From positions 15,593 through 79,592 of the forward strand of contig JBBQVP010000001.1 in the NCBI GenBank assembly GCA_038211455.1: a stretch of DNA of 64,000 nucleotides, written 5' to 3'. Numbering within the stretch: the stretch's first letter is position 1; every line of letters starts with the position of its first letter. A program made the position numbers and the translations under genes. The notes beneath the pieces were generated by a model. It saw only the letters and a program-made list of their open reading frames with translations, did no database searches and was not told the DNA's origin. Origin of the DNA: Burkholderiales bacterium (GTDB lineage Bacteria > Pseudomonadota > Gammaproteobacteria > Burkholderiales > SG8-39). Positions 1 to 9,231 of this stretch are shown piece by piece.

Positions 1-474
1 GTTGTTTCCGGCAGCGGGTTTTTTCAGCACGGGCACACCTATCTTGGCCACGCCGCCGCTTGCGCGGGTGCGCTCGCGGTGCAGAAACGGCTCAACGAAG
101 ATGGTTTGCTGGCCCGCGTCGAGCCGACCGGACAGATGCTGCACGGAAAACTCCGGGCTGCATTCGGAGGGCACCCGCACGTAGGTGACATCCGCGGGAG
201 AGGGCTCTTTCAGGCCCTCGAACTGGTAGAAGATCGGGCGACGAAGAAGCCCTTCGATGCGTCGCGGAAAATAAATGCTCGCCTTAAAAAGGAAGCTCTG
301 ACCGCCGGCCTGATGTGCTACCCCACTGGCGGCACTGCTGACGGGATTCACGGTGACCACGTGTTGTTCGCCCCGCCGTTCATCGTGGAAGAGACCCACT
401 TGGACGAGCTGGTGGAGAAGTTTTCAGTGGCGTTGAATGCGACGCTCGGGACACCGACCGGGGTTGCCGCCTAA
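1..474 (+). CDS. class-III PLP-dependent aminotransferase, C-terminal part (5' end outside window)
   Basis: Frame +1 is open from nt 1 ([27 protein letters not shown]...[18 protein letters not shown]...[10 protein letters not shown]). This is typical of the C-terminal half of omega-amino-acid/acetylornithine-type aminotransferases. Stop at 472-474. Confidence 0.85.
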   Translation, partial: VVSGSGFFQHGHTYLGHAAACAGALAVQKRLNEDGLLARVEPTGQMLHGKLRAAFGGHPHVGDIRGRGLFQALELVEDRATKKPFDASRKINARLKKEALTAGLMCYPTGGTADGIHGDHVLFAPPFIVEETHLDELVEKFSVALNATLGTPTGVAA

Positions 475-521
475 AACCGCGTTGGTTAAGCTTGCTTGTA
501 CATACTCTCACGGAGCGCACC

Positions 522-1493
522 ATGAACAGACTCTTTGTATTGTCCCTATTCGCGGTCAGCTCGATTGGCCTAGTTGTACCGGATTTACATGCCCAGCAGA
601 AATACATGACCATCGGGACGGGAGGGGTCACTGGCGTGTATTACGCGGCGGGTGGCGCCATCTGCCGGCTTGTGAACAAGGATCGAAAGGTCCACAACAT
701 TCGCTGCTCGGTGGAGTCCACCGGGGGATCCGTATTCAATATCAATACGATTAAGGCGGGCGAGTTGGACATGGGCGTGTCGCAGTCGGATGTCCAGTAC
801 AACTCCGTCAACGGGCTGGCCAACTTCAAGAGTGCAGGACCCTACTCGGATTTGCGCGCCGTGATGTCCCTGCATCCGGAGCCATTTACCGTGCTGGCGC
901 GCAAGGAGGCGGGCATCAAATCGTTTGCCGACTTCAAGGGCAAGAAATTCAATGTCGGGAATCCGGGATCGGGAACGCGCGCCTCGTTCGAGGAAATGCT
1001 TGCCGCAATGGGCTGGAAGATGAGCGATTTCGCGCTGGCATCCGAGCTTAAGGCGGATGAGCACGGCGCGGCGCTGTGCGATGGGAAGATCGACGGCTTT
1101 TTTTACGGGGTAGGCCACCCCTCGGCCAACATCCAGGATCCGACCACGACATGTGGAGCGAAGCTCGTTTCTCTGACCGGTCCTGCCATCGACAAGCTGG
1201 TGAAAGACAAGCCGTATTACGCCTATACAACGATTCCGGCAGCACTCTATCCGAACAATCCGGCGGAGACCAAGACATACGGTGTATTGGCGACCCTGGT
1301 GTCCTCGTCGAAGGTTCCCTCGGAAACCGTGTATGCGGTGGTGAAGGCGGTGTTCGAAAATTTCGACGAGTTCAAGAAACTTCATCCCGCGCTCGCTCAT
1401 CTGAAGCCGGAAAGTATGATCTCGGATGGCCTGTCGGCGCCGCTTCATGAGGGCGCGGCGAGGTACTACAAAGAAAAAGGCTGGTTGAAGTGA
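522..1493 (+). CDS. TAXI-family TRAP transporter solute-binding protein
   Basis: The ATG at 522 gives the signal peptide [26 protein letters not shown]. The body ([46 protein letters not shown]) is typical of TAXI receptors. The ORF-track start at 492 is an upstream TTG. Confidence 0.85.
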   Translation: MNRLFVLSLFAVSSIGLVVPDLHAQQKYMTIGTGGVTGVYYAAGGAICRLVNKDRKVHNIRCSVESTGGSVFNINTIKAGELDMGVSQSDVQYNSVNGLANFKSAGPYSDLRAVMSLHPEPFTVLARKEAGIKSFADFKGKKFNVGNPGSGTRASFEEMLAAMGWKMSDFALASELKADEHGAALCDGKIDGFFYGVGHPSANIQDPTTTCGAKLVSLTGPAIDKLVKDKPYYAYTTIPAALYPNNPAETKTYGVLATLVSSSKVPSETVYAVVKAVFENFDEFKKLHPALAHLKPESMISDGLSAPLHEGAARYYKEKGWLK

Positions 1494-1519
1494 TCGTGTA
1501 ATTCCAGGAAGACAACCGG

Positions 1520-1552
1520 GGGGCGGAATGCAAGTTCCGCCCCGTTGTGTTT
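1520..1552 (+). terminator. intra-operon hairpin (attenuator or partial terminator) between the TRAP receptor and permease genes
   Basis: GGGGCGGAA (1520-1528), loop TGCAAG, TTCCGCCCC (1535-1543): a 9-bp GC-rich stem followed by the T-rich GTTGTGTTTC. Confidence 0.4.
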
Positions 1553-1565
1553 CGGGGAGAGCGAA

Positions 1566-4133
1566 TTGCACGGAGAGGACAAAAAGCCCAATTCGGAGTT
1601 GCTGGCGCGTCTTGCTGAATCCGACACCGGCGGACGAAAGCTCGATGGTTTGCCGGGAAAGCTGATCTTCGCCTTGGCGGTCGGCTGGTCGCTGTTTCAG
1701 CTTTGGTATGCCTCGCCCCTTCCTTTCATCTTTGGCGCGGGCATACTGAACGACACCGAGGCAAGATCCCTGCATCTGGGCGTCGCGCTGCTTCTGGGTT
1801 TTCTGGTTTTCCCCGCGTCTGGCGTTTCGGCAAGAGACAGAATTCCCGCGCTTGACTGGGCTTGTGCCCTGGTTGCGGCGTTTGCAGGTGCCTACCTGAT
1901 GTTCTTCTACAATGGACTCGCGTTACGGCCGGGGCAACCGAACACCCTGGATATCATCACCGGGAGCATCGGTATCCTGCTGCTTCTGGAAGCGACACGC
2001 CGCGCGGTTGGCTTGCCAATGGCAGTCCTGGCGGTGCTGTTTCTTGCCTACACCCTGTTTGGCCGGCACCTGCCCGACGTACTGGCGCACAAGGGCGCGT
2101 CCTTTGAACGAATGCTCTCCCACCAGTGGCTTACGACAGAAGGTGTATTCGGGGTGGCGCTAGGGGTTTCTTCTGGTTTCATTTTTATGTTCGTTCTGTT
2201 CGGTGCCATGCTCGATCGTGCCGGTGCGGGCAACTACATGATGCAGGTGTCGTTCGCGCTGCTGGGCCACCTGCGAGGCGGACCGGCCAAAGTGGCGGTC
2301 GTCTCTTCAGGATTGAACGGGCTCATCTCGGGCTCTTCGGTTTCAAACGTGGTCTCGGGTGGAATTTTCACCATTCCCCTCATGAAGAAAGCGGGATATG
2401 GGGGCGTCAAGGCAGGCGCCATCGAAACAATGTCCTCCGTCGATGGACAGCTGATGCCGCCGGTAATGGGGGCCGCCGCATTTCTGATGGTGGAATACGT
2501 CGGGATCCCATATCCGGAGATCTGCAAGCATGCTTTCCTTCCTGCCGTGCTTTCATACATTGCGCTCTTCTATATTGTGCATCTCGAAGCCCTGAAGCTT
2601 GGCATGCAACCCATGGCACGCGGCCAGGCGCGCACTCTGCGTGAGCGTGCGATCGGCTGGGCGTTCGGGCTGTCCGGGACAATCGCAGCCGGCAGCGGGA
2701 TTTATTTCGTCGCTGTGGGGACGAAGAGCCTGTTTGGTGAAGCCGCGCCCTGGATCCTCGCGGGACTTCTGGGCGCGCTGTATTTGTGGACGGTATCTCT
2801 CGCCTCTTCCTGCCCGGATTTACCGCAGGATATTGACGTGGAAAATCCTGTGCAGCCGGAAACCTGGCCGACGGTCAAGGCGGGGTTGCACTTCATGATT
2901 CCGATCGGGACGCTGATCTGGTGCCTGATGATCGAGGAACTGTCCCCGGCCCTGGCCGCATTCTGGGCTACTGCAGTGCTCGTCGTCCTGATGGTGTCGC
3001 ACCGGCCGTTGACGGTGCTGTTTCGCGGTCAGCGAGGAGTTGCAGCACAAGTGCGGCGGGGCTGGATGGAGGTCATCGACGGGCTAAATGACGGGGCGCG
3101 GAGCATGATCGGCATCGCGATTGCTACGGGCACAGCAGGAATCATCGTGGGTGGCATTACGCTTACCGGGCTGGGACTGCGCATGACCGAATTCGTTGAG
3201 TTCGTTTCCTTCGGGAATGTGATGGTGATGCTGCTGTTCACCGCATTTTCCTGCCTGGTCCTCGGGCTGGGTGTTCCGACCACGGCGAACTACATACTGG
3301 TGGCCACGTTGATGGCGCCGGTCATTGTCGAACTCGGCGCGCAGTCCGGTCTGGTCATTCCCCTGATCGGCGTACATCTGTTCGTCTTTTACTACGGGAT
3401 CATGGGTGATGTGACTCCTCCCGTGGGCCTGGCAACCTTTGCCGCTGCCGCGATTTCAGGGGAGGATCCGATTGCTACTGGAATTCAGGGCGCTTTGTAC
3501 GTCATGCGGACAGCGGTGTTGCCGTTCGTTTGGATCTTCAATCCGCAATTGTTGTTGATCGATGTCCATGGGGTGTTCGAGGTTTCCCTTGTCGTCGCGG
3601 CAAGCCTAGTTGCGTCCCTGACCTTTGCCGCCGCGACGATGGGATGGTTTCAGACGCGCTGCAAGTGGTGGGAGGTGCTTGTTCTGCTGATGGCGACCTT
3701 CATGCTTTTCCGGCCGGACTTCTTCATGGACCGGATATACGATCCTTACGAAATCAGGCCCGCAAAGGAAGCGCTGTCGGTGGCCGCGAATACCCTCCCG
3801 GACAGTCGCCTTGCAATGATCATCGAAGGGACGACGATCGAAGGCGATGACCTGAAGAAGACCGTTGGGGTACGGATGGGTGTGGCCGGAGAAGGACGTC
3901 AGCGCCTGAGCGAGGCCGGCTTGCAACTGAGCATGCTGGGCGACGAGGTTCGCATTGCCAGTGTGCGATTCGGCAGTCGGGCGAAAAAATCTGGGTTTGA
4001 GCCGGGATGGAAAGTGACCGGTGTCCAGGTGCGGGCTGACCGACTATCTCCACACTGGATCTATCTGCCCGCCCTCGGGCTTGTTATGCTGGTTTTTTTC
4101 GCGCAAAGGGTACGGTTGCGCCGGCGTACTTGA
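1566..4133 (+). CDS. TAXI-TRAP transporter fused permease
   Basis: Long ORF with an ESDTGGR...WSLFQLWYASPLP N-terminus and many hydrophobic segments, as in fused DctQM-type permeases of TAXI systems. There is no 5' ATG. TTG 1566 follows GGGGAGAG; TTG 1545 is an alternative but lies in the hairpin tail. Confidence 0.8.
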   Translation: MHGEDKKPNSELLARLAESDTGGRKLDGLPGKLIFALAVGWSLFQLWYASPLPFIFGAGILNDTEARSLHLGVALLLGFLVFPASGVSARDRIPALDWACALVAAFAGAYLMFFYNGLALRPGQPNTLDIITGSIGILLLLEATRRAVGLPMAVLAVLFLAYTLFGRHLPDVLAHKGASFERMLSHQWLTTEGVFGVALGVSSGFIFMFVLFGAMLDRAGAGNYMMQVSFALLGHLRGGPAKVAVVSSGLNGLISGSSVSNVVSGGIFTIPLMKKAGYGGVKAGAIETMSSVDGQLMPPVMGAAAFLMVEYVGIPYPEICKHAFLPAVLSYIALFYIVHLEALKLGMQPMARGQARTLRERAIGWAFGLSGTIAAGSGIYFVAVGTKSLFGEAAPWILAGLLGALYLWTVSLASSCPDLPQDIDVENPVQPETWPTVKAGLHFMIPIGTLIWCLMIEELSPALAAFWATAVLVVLMVSHRPLTVLFRGQRGVAAQVRRGWMEVIDGLNDGARSMIGIAIATGTAGIIVGGITLTGLGLRMTEFVEFVSFGNVMVMLLFTAFSCLVLGLGVPTTANYILVATLMAPVIVELGAQSGLVIPLIGVHLFVFYYGIMGDVTPPVGLATFAAAAISGEDPIATGIQGALYVMRTAVLPFVWIFNPQLLLIDVHGVFEVSLVVAASLVASLTFAAATMGWFQTRCKWWEVLVLLMATFMLFRPDFFMDRIYDPYEIRPAKEALSVAANTLPDSRLAMIIEGTTIEGDDLKKTVGVRMGVAGEGRQRLSEAGLQLSMLGDEVRIASVRFGSRAKKSGFEPGWKVTGVQVRADRLSPHWIYLPALGLVMLVFFAQRVRLRRRT

Positions 4134-4179
4134 TCCTCCGGCACACCATTGGAGCAAGGCCGTTGGAATCGAGAGGCCA

Positions 4180-5436
4180 ATGAAAAACGCGGCAATAGCG
4201 GCGGACTACGTTCCGGAGGCGAAAGGTTCGCTGGATGGAGTGCGTGTGCTCGACCTGTCGCGCCTGGTCGCCGGCAATACCCTCACCCAGCTGGTAGCGG
4301 ATTTCGGGGCGGAAGTCATCAAGGTCGAGCCGCCTGGTGGGGATACGCTTCGGGCGTGGAAGACGAGTGGCGTGGAGACCAACTGGAAACTGTATGCCCG
4401 CAACAAGAAGAGCCTGTGTCTCGAACTGAGGAATCCGGTGGCGATGCAACTCCTGCTCGATCTGGTTGCGACGGCAGCGGTATTCGTTGAGAGTTTCCGG
4501 CCGGGGACGCTGGAGAAGATGGGCTTATCTCCTGAGCAGTTGCTGGAAGTAAATCCCGGGCTCGTCATTGTGCGCATTTCCGGCTGGGGCCAGAGTGGTC
4601 CCTATAAGGGCCGTCCGGGTTTCGGCACATTGGTCGAAGGGATGTCGGGTTTTGCCTCCATGAACGGTTTTGCGGATCGTGAGCCGGTTCTTCCGCCAAT
4701 GTACCTGGCGGATAGTGTGGCCGGTCTCTATGGAGCAACAGCGGTCATGGTGGCTCTGCGGGAGGTAGAGAAAAACGGTGGTGTCGGGCAGGTGATTGAT
4801 CTGCCGCTGCTCGACCCCTTGTTTGCGGTTCTCGGTCCCCAGGCAGCGAATTTCCGGTTGACCGGAAAAATCAAGCCGCGCGTCGGGAGCGGCTCCACCA
4901 ACTCGGGTCCGCGCAACGCCTACCGAGCGCGCGATGACCGGTGGGTTTGCCTTTCCGCATCGACACAAAAAATGGCCGAGCGGCTGTTCCGCGCGATCGG
5001 TCGCGCGGACCTGATAGACGACCCGCGCTACCGGAGCAACGCGCAGCGCGTGCAGCACGCGGCTGACCTCGATGCGATCATCGGCGCCTTCATCGTTCAG
5101 CGTACCCAGGCGGGGAACGTTGCTTTCTTCGAGGAGGCGCAGGTCACGATCGGACCGATCTACGATATCTCCCAGATCGTCCAGGATCCGCACGTGCTGG
5201 ATCGGGAACTCGTTGCGGACTATCCGGATGCCGAGATGGGGGCATTTCCAATGCACCACGTCGTACCGCGCTTGTCCGGAACTCCTGGCGCCATACGGAC
5301 TCCGGCACCGGCCCTGGGACAGCACAATCGGGAGGTGCTTGCCGGAATCGGCGTCGACGCAGCACGGTATGAGGCGCTCCGCGCCGCCGGCGTAGTGTTC
5401 GAAATACCAGCAGCCCCTGCAGGAGAAAACATATGA
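4180..5436 (+). CDS. family III CoA-transferase (CaiB/BaiF type)
   Basis: The ATG at 4180 gives MKNAAIAADY...LDGVRVLDLSRLVAGNTLTQLVADFGAEVIKVEPPGGD, the N-terminal signature of CaiB/BaiF CoA-transferases. The ORF-track extension to 4021 overlaps the permease. Confidence 0.85.
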   Translation: MKNAAIAADYVPEAKGSLDGVRVLDLSRLVAGNTLTQLVADFGAEVIKVEPPGGDTLRAWKTSGVETNWKLYARNKKSLCLELRNPVAMQLLLDLVATAAVFVESFRPGTLEKMGLSPEQLLEVNPGLVIVRISGWGQSGPYKGRPGFGTLVEGMSGFASMNGFADREPVLPPMYLADSVAGLYGATAVMVALREVEKNGGVGQVIDLPLLDPLFAVLGPQAANFRLTGKIKPRVGSGSTNSGPRNAYRARDDRWVCLSASTQKMAERLFRAIGRADLIDDPRYRSNAQRVQHAADLDAIIGAFIVQRTQAGNVAFFEEAQVTIGPIYDISQIVQDPHVLDRELVADYPDAEMGAFPMHHVVPRLSGTPGAIRTPAPALGQHNREVLAGIGVDAARYEALRAAGVVFEIPAAPAGENI

Positions 5437-6341
5437 ATCGCGACCTGCCTGTCTGGCGGTCTCTTTTGTACGTACCGGTGAATGTCGAGAGGTACGTCGA
5501 AAAGGCGCACACGAGAGGCGCGGACTGCATCCAGCTCGATCTGGAGGACAGCGTGCCCGCAGCGGAAAAGGACCGCGCGCGCGGTATGGTGGAGGGCGCG
5601 GCGACGCGGGTGCGACGGGGCGGCGCAGACGTCGTCGTGCGCGTCAATCGACCGCTTTCCATGGCGGTGCGCGATCTGGAGGCCGCAGTTTGCGCCGACG
5701 TGAACGGTATCGCGGTCACCAAGGTACAAAGCGCGGATCATTTGCGGTTGCTCGATGAACTGGTCGGTGAGTTGGAGGCAAAGCGCGGCCTGGTGGCTGG
5801 GCATACCCGCTTTATCGCCATGATCGAAACGCCGGCGGCGTACTTTCGAATGGCCGAAATTGCAGGTTCGGTGGGGCGGCTCGTCGCAATGAATCTAGGC
5901 GGGGAGGACTTTGCGCTTGAAATGGGCATGGCACCTGTCGAAGCGACCCTGCAGATGCCAAAGCAGCAGATGGTCTTTGCCGCCTGCGCTGGCGGCCTGA
6001 TGCCGCTCGGATTCATTGCGAGCGTCGCGGGTTTCGGGGACTGGGGTGCTTTTCGTACTATGGTGCGCCGCTCACGGCAGTTCGGTTTTATGGGCGCCGG
6101 GTGCATCCACCCCGGACAGGTCGCGATAGTCAATGAGGAATACACCCCGAATGCGGAGGAAGTTGCCTATGCCGGCAAGGTAGTGGACGCGAATGCCCGC
6201 GCCGAAGCATCCGGGCGAGGATCGTTCTCCTTGGATGGCCAGATGATCGATGTGCCGATTGTCGCGCGCGCTCAAAAGCTGCTGTTACGGGTGGCCGCAA
6301 TAGAAGCGCGCGAGTCTGCCAAGCGCGGTTTTTCTGGATGA
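5433..6341 (+). CDS. HpcH/HpaI aldolase / CitE-like acyl-CoA lyase (citryl/malyl/citramalyl-CoA lyase family)
   Basis: RSLLYVPVNVERYVEKAHTRGADCIQLDLEDSV...MIETPAAY...NLGGEDFALEMG matches CitE-family motifs. The ATGA start/stop overlap with the CoA-transferase gene suggests translational coupling. Confidence 0.85.
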   Translation: MNRDLPVWRSLLYVPVNVERYVEKAHTRGADCIQLDLEDSVPAAEKDRARGMVEGAATRVRRGGADVVVRVNRPLSMAVRDLEAAVCADVNGIAVTKVQSADHLRLLDELVGELEAKRGLVAGHTRFIAMIETPAAYFRMAEIAGSVGRLVAMNLGGEDFALEMGMAPVEATLQMPKQQMVFAACAGGLMPLGFIASVAGFGDWGAFRTMVRRSRQFGFMGAGCIHPGQVAIVNEEYTPNAEEVAYAGKVVDANARAEASGRGSFSLDGQMIDVPIVARAQKLLLRVAAIEARESAKRGFSG

Positions 6342-6643
6342 GGTTTGCCATTTGGGCATTGCTGCCCGGAGGCGGGGCGACGGACGGGGTGGCGCGAAGT
6401 GAGTGGACTCCCTGCCGGGTGCCGGGGTCGAGTAACCGTGGCAGCCATCATTTGAGAAATGGCTTCTTCCGCCGGGGGTGGTGCGTCGGTGTTCTGCGCG
6501 GGAGGTGGTCAAATCCACAAAATTGGTGAAAAATCGGATCCTCGGCAGATTCGGCCGGGCGGAGCTTTTTTTCTGCACGCAAGGCATAATGTTAAATCAG
6601 ACTTGCGCCCTGACTGATTTGGGCTTCAGGACACTAGTTAACA

Positions 6644-9187
6644 ATGGCGACACCCGGATCCGAAATTAAGCGCCTTGGGCGCTACGACATCGAGAGTGTC
6701 CTCGGCAAGGGCGCAATGGGTGTTGTCTATGCCGGCCTTGATCCCAGACTGCACCGCAAGGTCGCGATCAAGACGATTCTCAAGAGTTCGCTCGACGAGG
6801 ATACCGCGCGGGAATATACGATGCGGTTCGACCGCGAGGCCCAGGCGGTCGCACGACTGAATCACCCGAACATCGTGCAGGTGTATGACTTTGGCTCTGA
6901 AGGCGAAATCGCGTATATCGTGATGGAGTTCATTCAAGGCAAGGAACTCAAGGATTTTTTCGACGCAAGCGAACGCTTCGATATAAAAGAAGCTGTGCAC
7001 ATCATGGGGGAGCTTTGCGACGCCCTCCATTTTGCGCACGAGGCGGGCATTGTCCACAGGGACATCAAGCCCGCCAACGTGATGATCGACAACAAGGGGC
7101 GCGTGAAGCTCGCCGACTTCGGTGTAGCACGGATCACCGACGCAGAGCGCGCCGACAGCGAAAAGACCCAGGCCGGAGCCATCGTCGGTACGCCGGCGTA
7201 TATGTCGCCCGAACAGATCGAAGGCGGCGAGATCGACCGGCGCACTGACATTTTCTCGGCAGGAATCATCCTTTTCCAGTTTCTGACTGGAGAGAAGCCG
7301 TTTACGGGAACGAGTACCTGGACGATCGCGAAGAAGATTCTCCAGGACAATCCGCCGGCGCCGTCCACGCTCAACAAGTCGATTTCCCCCCTGTTCGATG
7401 CCGTCATCAATAAGGCGCTGTCGAAAGACAGGAACACCCGCTATCAGACCGCGCGCGACCTGGGTGCAGCCCTCAAGCTGGCGCTTGAGGGCAAGGCGGA
7501 AGGGGAAGACGAGTCTGACAAGACAGTGGTTGGCTCCCTTGCGTTTGACGCACCGTCCCGTTCTCCGGCCCCCAGCATGGCCGCGGCGCCTTCTGGAAGT
7601 TCGAGTACGCATGCGGGCCAGGCGACAGGTACACAGGAGGTCGAGCTGGAATTCTGGCGCTCGATCAAAGATGGTAACGACGCCGATGACTTCAATCTCT
7701 ATGTAAAACAGTTCCCAGAAGGAATTTATGCGGCGCTTGCGAAGCGCAAGAGCGCCAAGCTGCGCGGCGTCGCTGCCGAGGAAACGACCAGCAGGGGCTT
7801 GCAGGCAGCGGAGCAGGAAAAGCGCGAGATAGAGGAAGCGGCGCGCCGCGAGGCCGAAGCCAAGACCAAGCTTGCCGAGGAGAAAGCCAAGCTCGAAGCG
7901 CAAATGGCCCAGCGGGAAGCCGATTTCCAGAAACGAGCGGCAGAGGCTGAAGCCAAGCGCGAGGCTGCTGCAAAGGCCAAGGCGGAGGCCGACGCGCGTG
8001 AGAAATCCGAATTCGAAGCCAAGCTAGCGAAACGGGAGGCCGACCTTCAGGTCCAGCTCAAGAAGCAGGAAGAAGAGCTTAAGAAGAAAGAAGCGGAAAC
8101 CGTTCACCTTGCAAAGGAAATCCGCAAGAAAAAGGGTTCGCCGTTGGTACCGGTTGCCATTGGTTTGCTGGTGGCGGCTATTGGTGGAGGGGCCTTTTAT
8201 TACTATGGCCGGGATCCGGGCACCGCAGAGTTGGTTGCGGCGCTTGAGTTGGCCAAGAAATCCAATGAGCAGTTGGTTCAGGCGAGACAGGCGGAGCAAG
8301 GCGCCGCGAAGGCACTTGAACTCGCAAGACAGGCTGAAGCCGAGGCGAAGGCCTCTGGCGACGTAGAAAAGCAGAAGCAACTGGCGGAACAAACGCGCCT
8401 TCGCGAAGCTGAATTGCAGAAGCAGGCGGACCTCGTGAAGCAGCGTGAGGAAGAGGCCAAGAAGGCACTCGCGGCTGCTGAGGACAAAAAGAACAAGGTG
8501 CAGGACGCTGAGGCGAAAAAGAAAGCGGCCGAGGAAAAGGCCAAGCTCGACAAGGCCGCGGGTGACCGCGCTGCTAACGAAAAGGCTGTGTCGGACAAGA
8601 GTGCGGCCGAGAAAGCTGCGGCAGAGAAAGCGGTGGCCGAAAAGCTCGCCGCGGAGGAGGCTGCGAAAAAGGCGACTGCAGACAAACTCGCGGCAGAAAA
8701 GGCAGCGGCGGCTGCGGCAGCTGCGGCGGCCGCTGCCAACAAGACGCGCGCCGCCACCGAACAGAAGAAAGTGATGACCGCGGCCGAAGAGAGGGCGGCC
8801 GACCGGGCGGCGGAAAAGGCTGCGGCCGACAAGGTGGCGGCGGATGCCAAGAGCGTCGAACAGACGGTGGCCAAGGTTAAGCCGCCGGCAGCGGAGCTGC
8901 CACCTGAGAAGATCGAACGGGTTGGACGCATCGAAGTCGCGGCGTCGGATCCTAACCTCCAGCTACTGAAGGAAGCCAAGGCTGCTGAAAGTAGCGGGGA
9001 TGCCAAAACGGCAGTCAAGTTGTATCGGCAGGCCTATCGGAATGGAAGCGGCGAGGCGGCCAAGCTTATTGGCGACATCTACGTTGACGGAAAAGGCAAC
9101 GTGCCGCGCGACTATGCCGAGTCCCTAGTTTGGTACACGCGGGCGGAAAAAAAGGGCGTCAAAGTCGAGCGCGCGCAAGGGCGCTGA
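6644..9187 (+). CDS. Hanks-type Ser/Thr protein kinase with Ala/Glu/Lys-rich predicted coiled coils on both sides of one TM helix and a C-terminal Sel1 repeat
   Basis: N-terminal kinase motifs are present: GKGAMGVVY, VAIK, HRDIKPANVMI, DFGVAR, GTPAYMSPEQ. The TM segment is LVPVAIGLLVAAIGGGAFYYY (about nt 8141-8206). Long Ala/Glu/Lys-rich stretches flank it. The C-terminus AAKLIGDIYVDGKGNVPRDYAESLVWYTRAEKKG is Sel1-like. Confidence 0.85.
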   Translation: MATPGSEIKRLGRYDIESVLGKGAMGVVYAGLDPRLHRKVAIKTILKSSLDEDTAREYTMRFDREAQAVARLNHPNIVQVYDFGSEGEIAYIVMEFIQGKELKDFFDASERFDIKEAVHIMGELCDALHFAHEAGIVHRDIKPANVMIDNKGRVKLADFGVARITDAERADSEKTQAGAIVGTPAYMSPEQIEGGEIDRRTDIFSAGIILFQFLTGEKPFTGTSTWTIAKKILQDNPPAPSTLNKSISPLFDAVINKALSKDRNTRYQTARDLGAALKLALEGKAEGEDESDKTVVGSLAFDAPSRSPAPSMAAAPSGSSSTHAGQATGTQEVELEFWRSIKDGNDADDFNLYVKQFPEGIYAALAKRKSAKLRGVAAEETTSRGLQAAEQEKREIEEAARREAEAKTKLAEEKAKLEAQMAQREADFQKRAAEAEAKREAAAKAKAEADAREKSEFEAKLAKREADLQVQLKKQEEELKKKEAETVHLAKEIRKKKGSPLVPVAIGLLVAAIGGGAFYYYGRDPGTAELVAALELAKKSNEQLVQARQAEQGAAKALELARQAEAEAKASGDVEKQKQLAEQTRLREAELQKQADLVKQREEEAKKALAAAEDKKNKVQDAEAKKKAAEEKAKLDKAAGDRAANEKAVSDKSAAEKAAAEKAVAEKLAAEEAAKKATADKLAAEKAAAAAAAAAAAANKTRAATEQKKVMTAAEERAADRAAEKAAADKVAADAKSVEQTVAKVKPPAAELPPEKIERVGRIEVAASDPNLQLLKEAKAAESSGDAKTAVKLYRQAYRNGSGEAAKLIGDIYVDGKGNVPRDYAESLVWYTRAEKKGVKVERAQGR

Positions 9188-9231
9188 GGCAGACTTTTCG
9201 CCAAGTGGCGGTGATCCGCCCCCGGATTTAT

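Noticed and set aside
585-1775. Long antisense ORF (396 aa) opposite the TAXI receptor gene. Similar long antisense or out-of-frame ORFs occur at 6638-7903, 8278-9018, 17641-18552, 19190-20293, 27539-28891, 35862-37325, 44436-46163, 48371-49369, 53864-55438 and elsewhere
   Set aside because: Their translations are Arg/Pro/Gly/Ala-rich with no recognisable motifs. They lie opposite or out of frame to genes with unmistakable conserved products. These are typical shadow ORFs of GC-rich DNA.
6342-6643. A 300-nt non-coding gap upstream of the kinase gene, with a T7 run at 6566-6572, small hairpins (AGCCAT/ATGGCT; AAATCAG/CTGATTT) and a 63-aa ORF (6338-6529)
   Set aside because: There is no convincing stem before the T-run, no recognisable riboswitch or sRNA architecture, and the small ORF is Arg/Gly-rich. 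I could not support any specific feature, though RNA-seq would settle whether a leader or sRNA exists.
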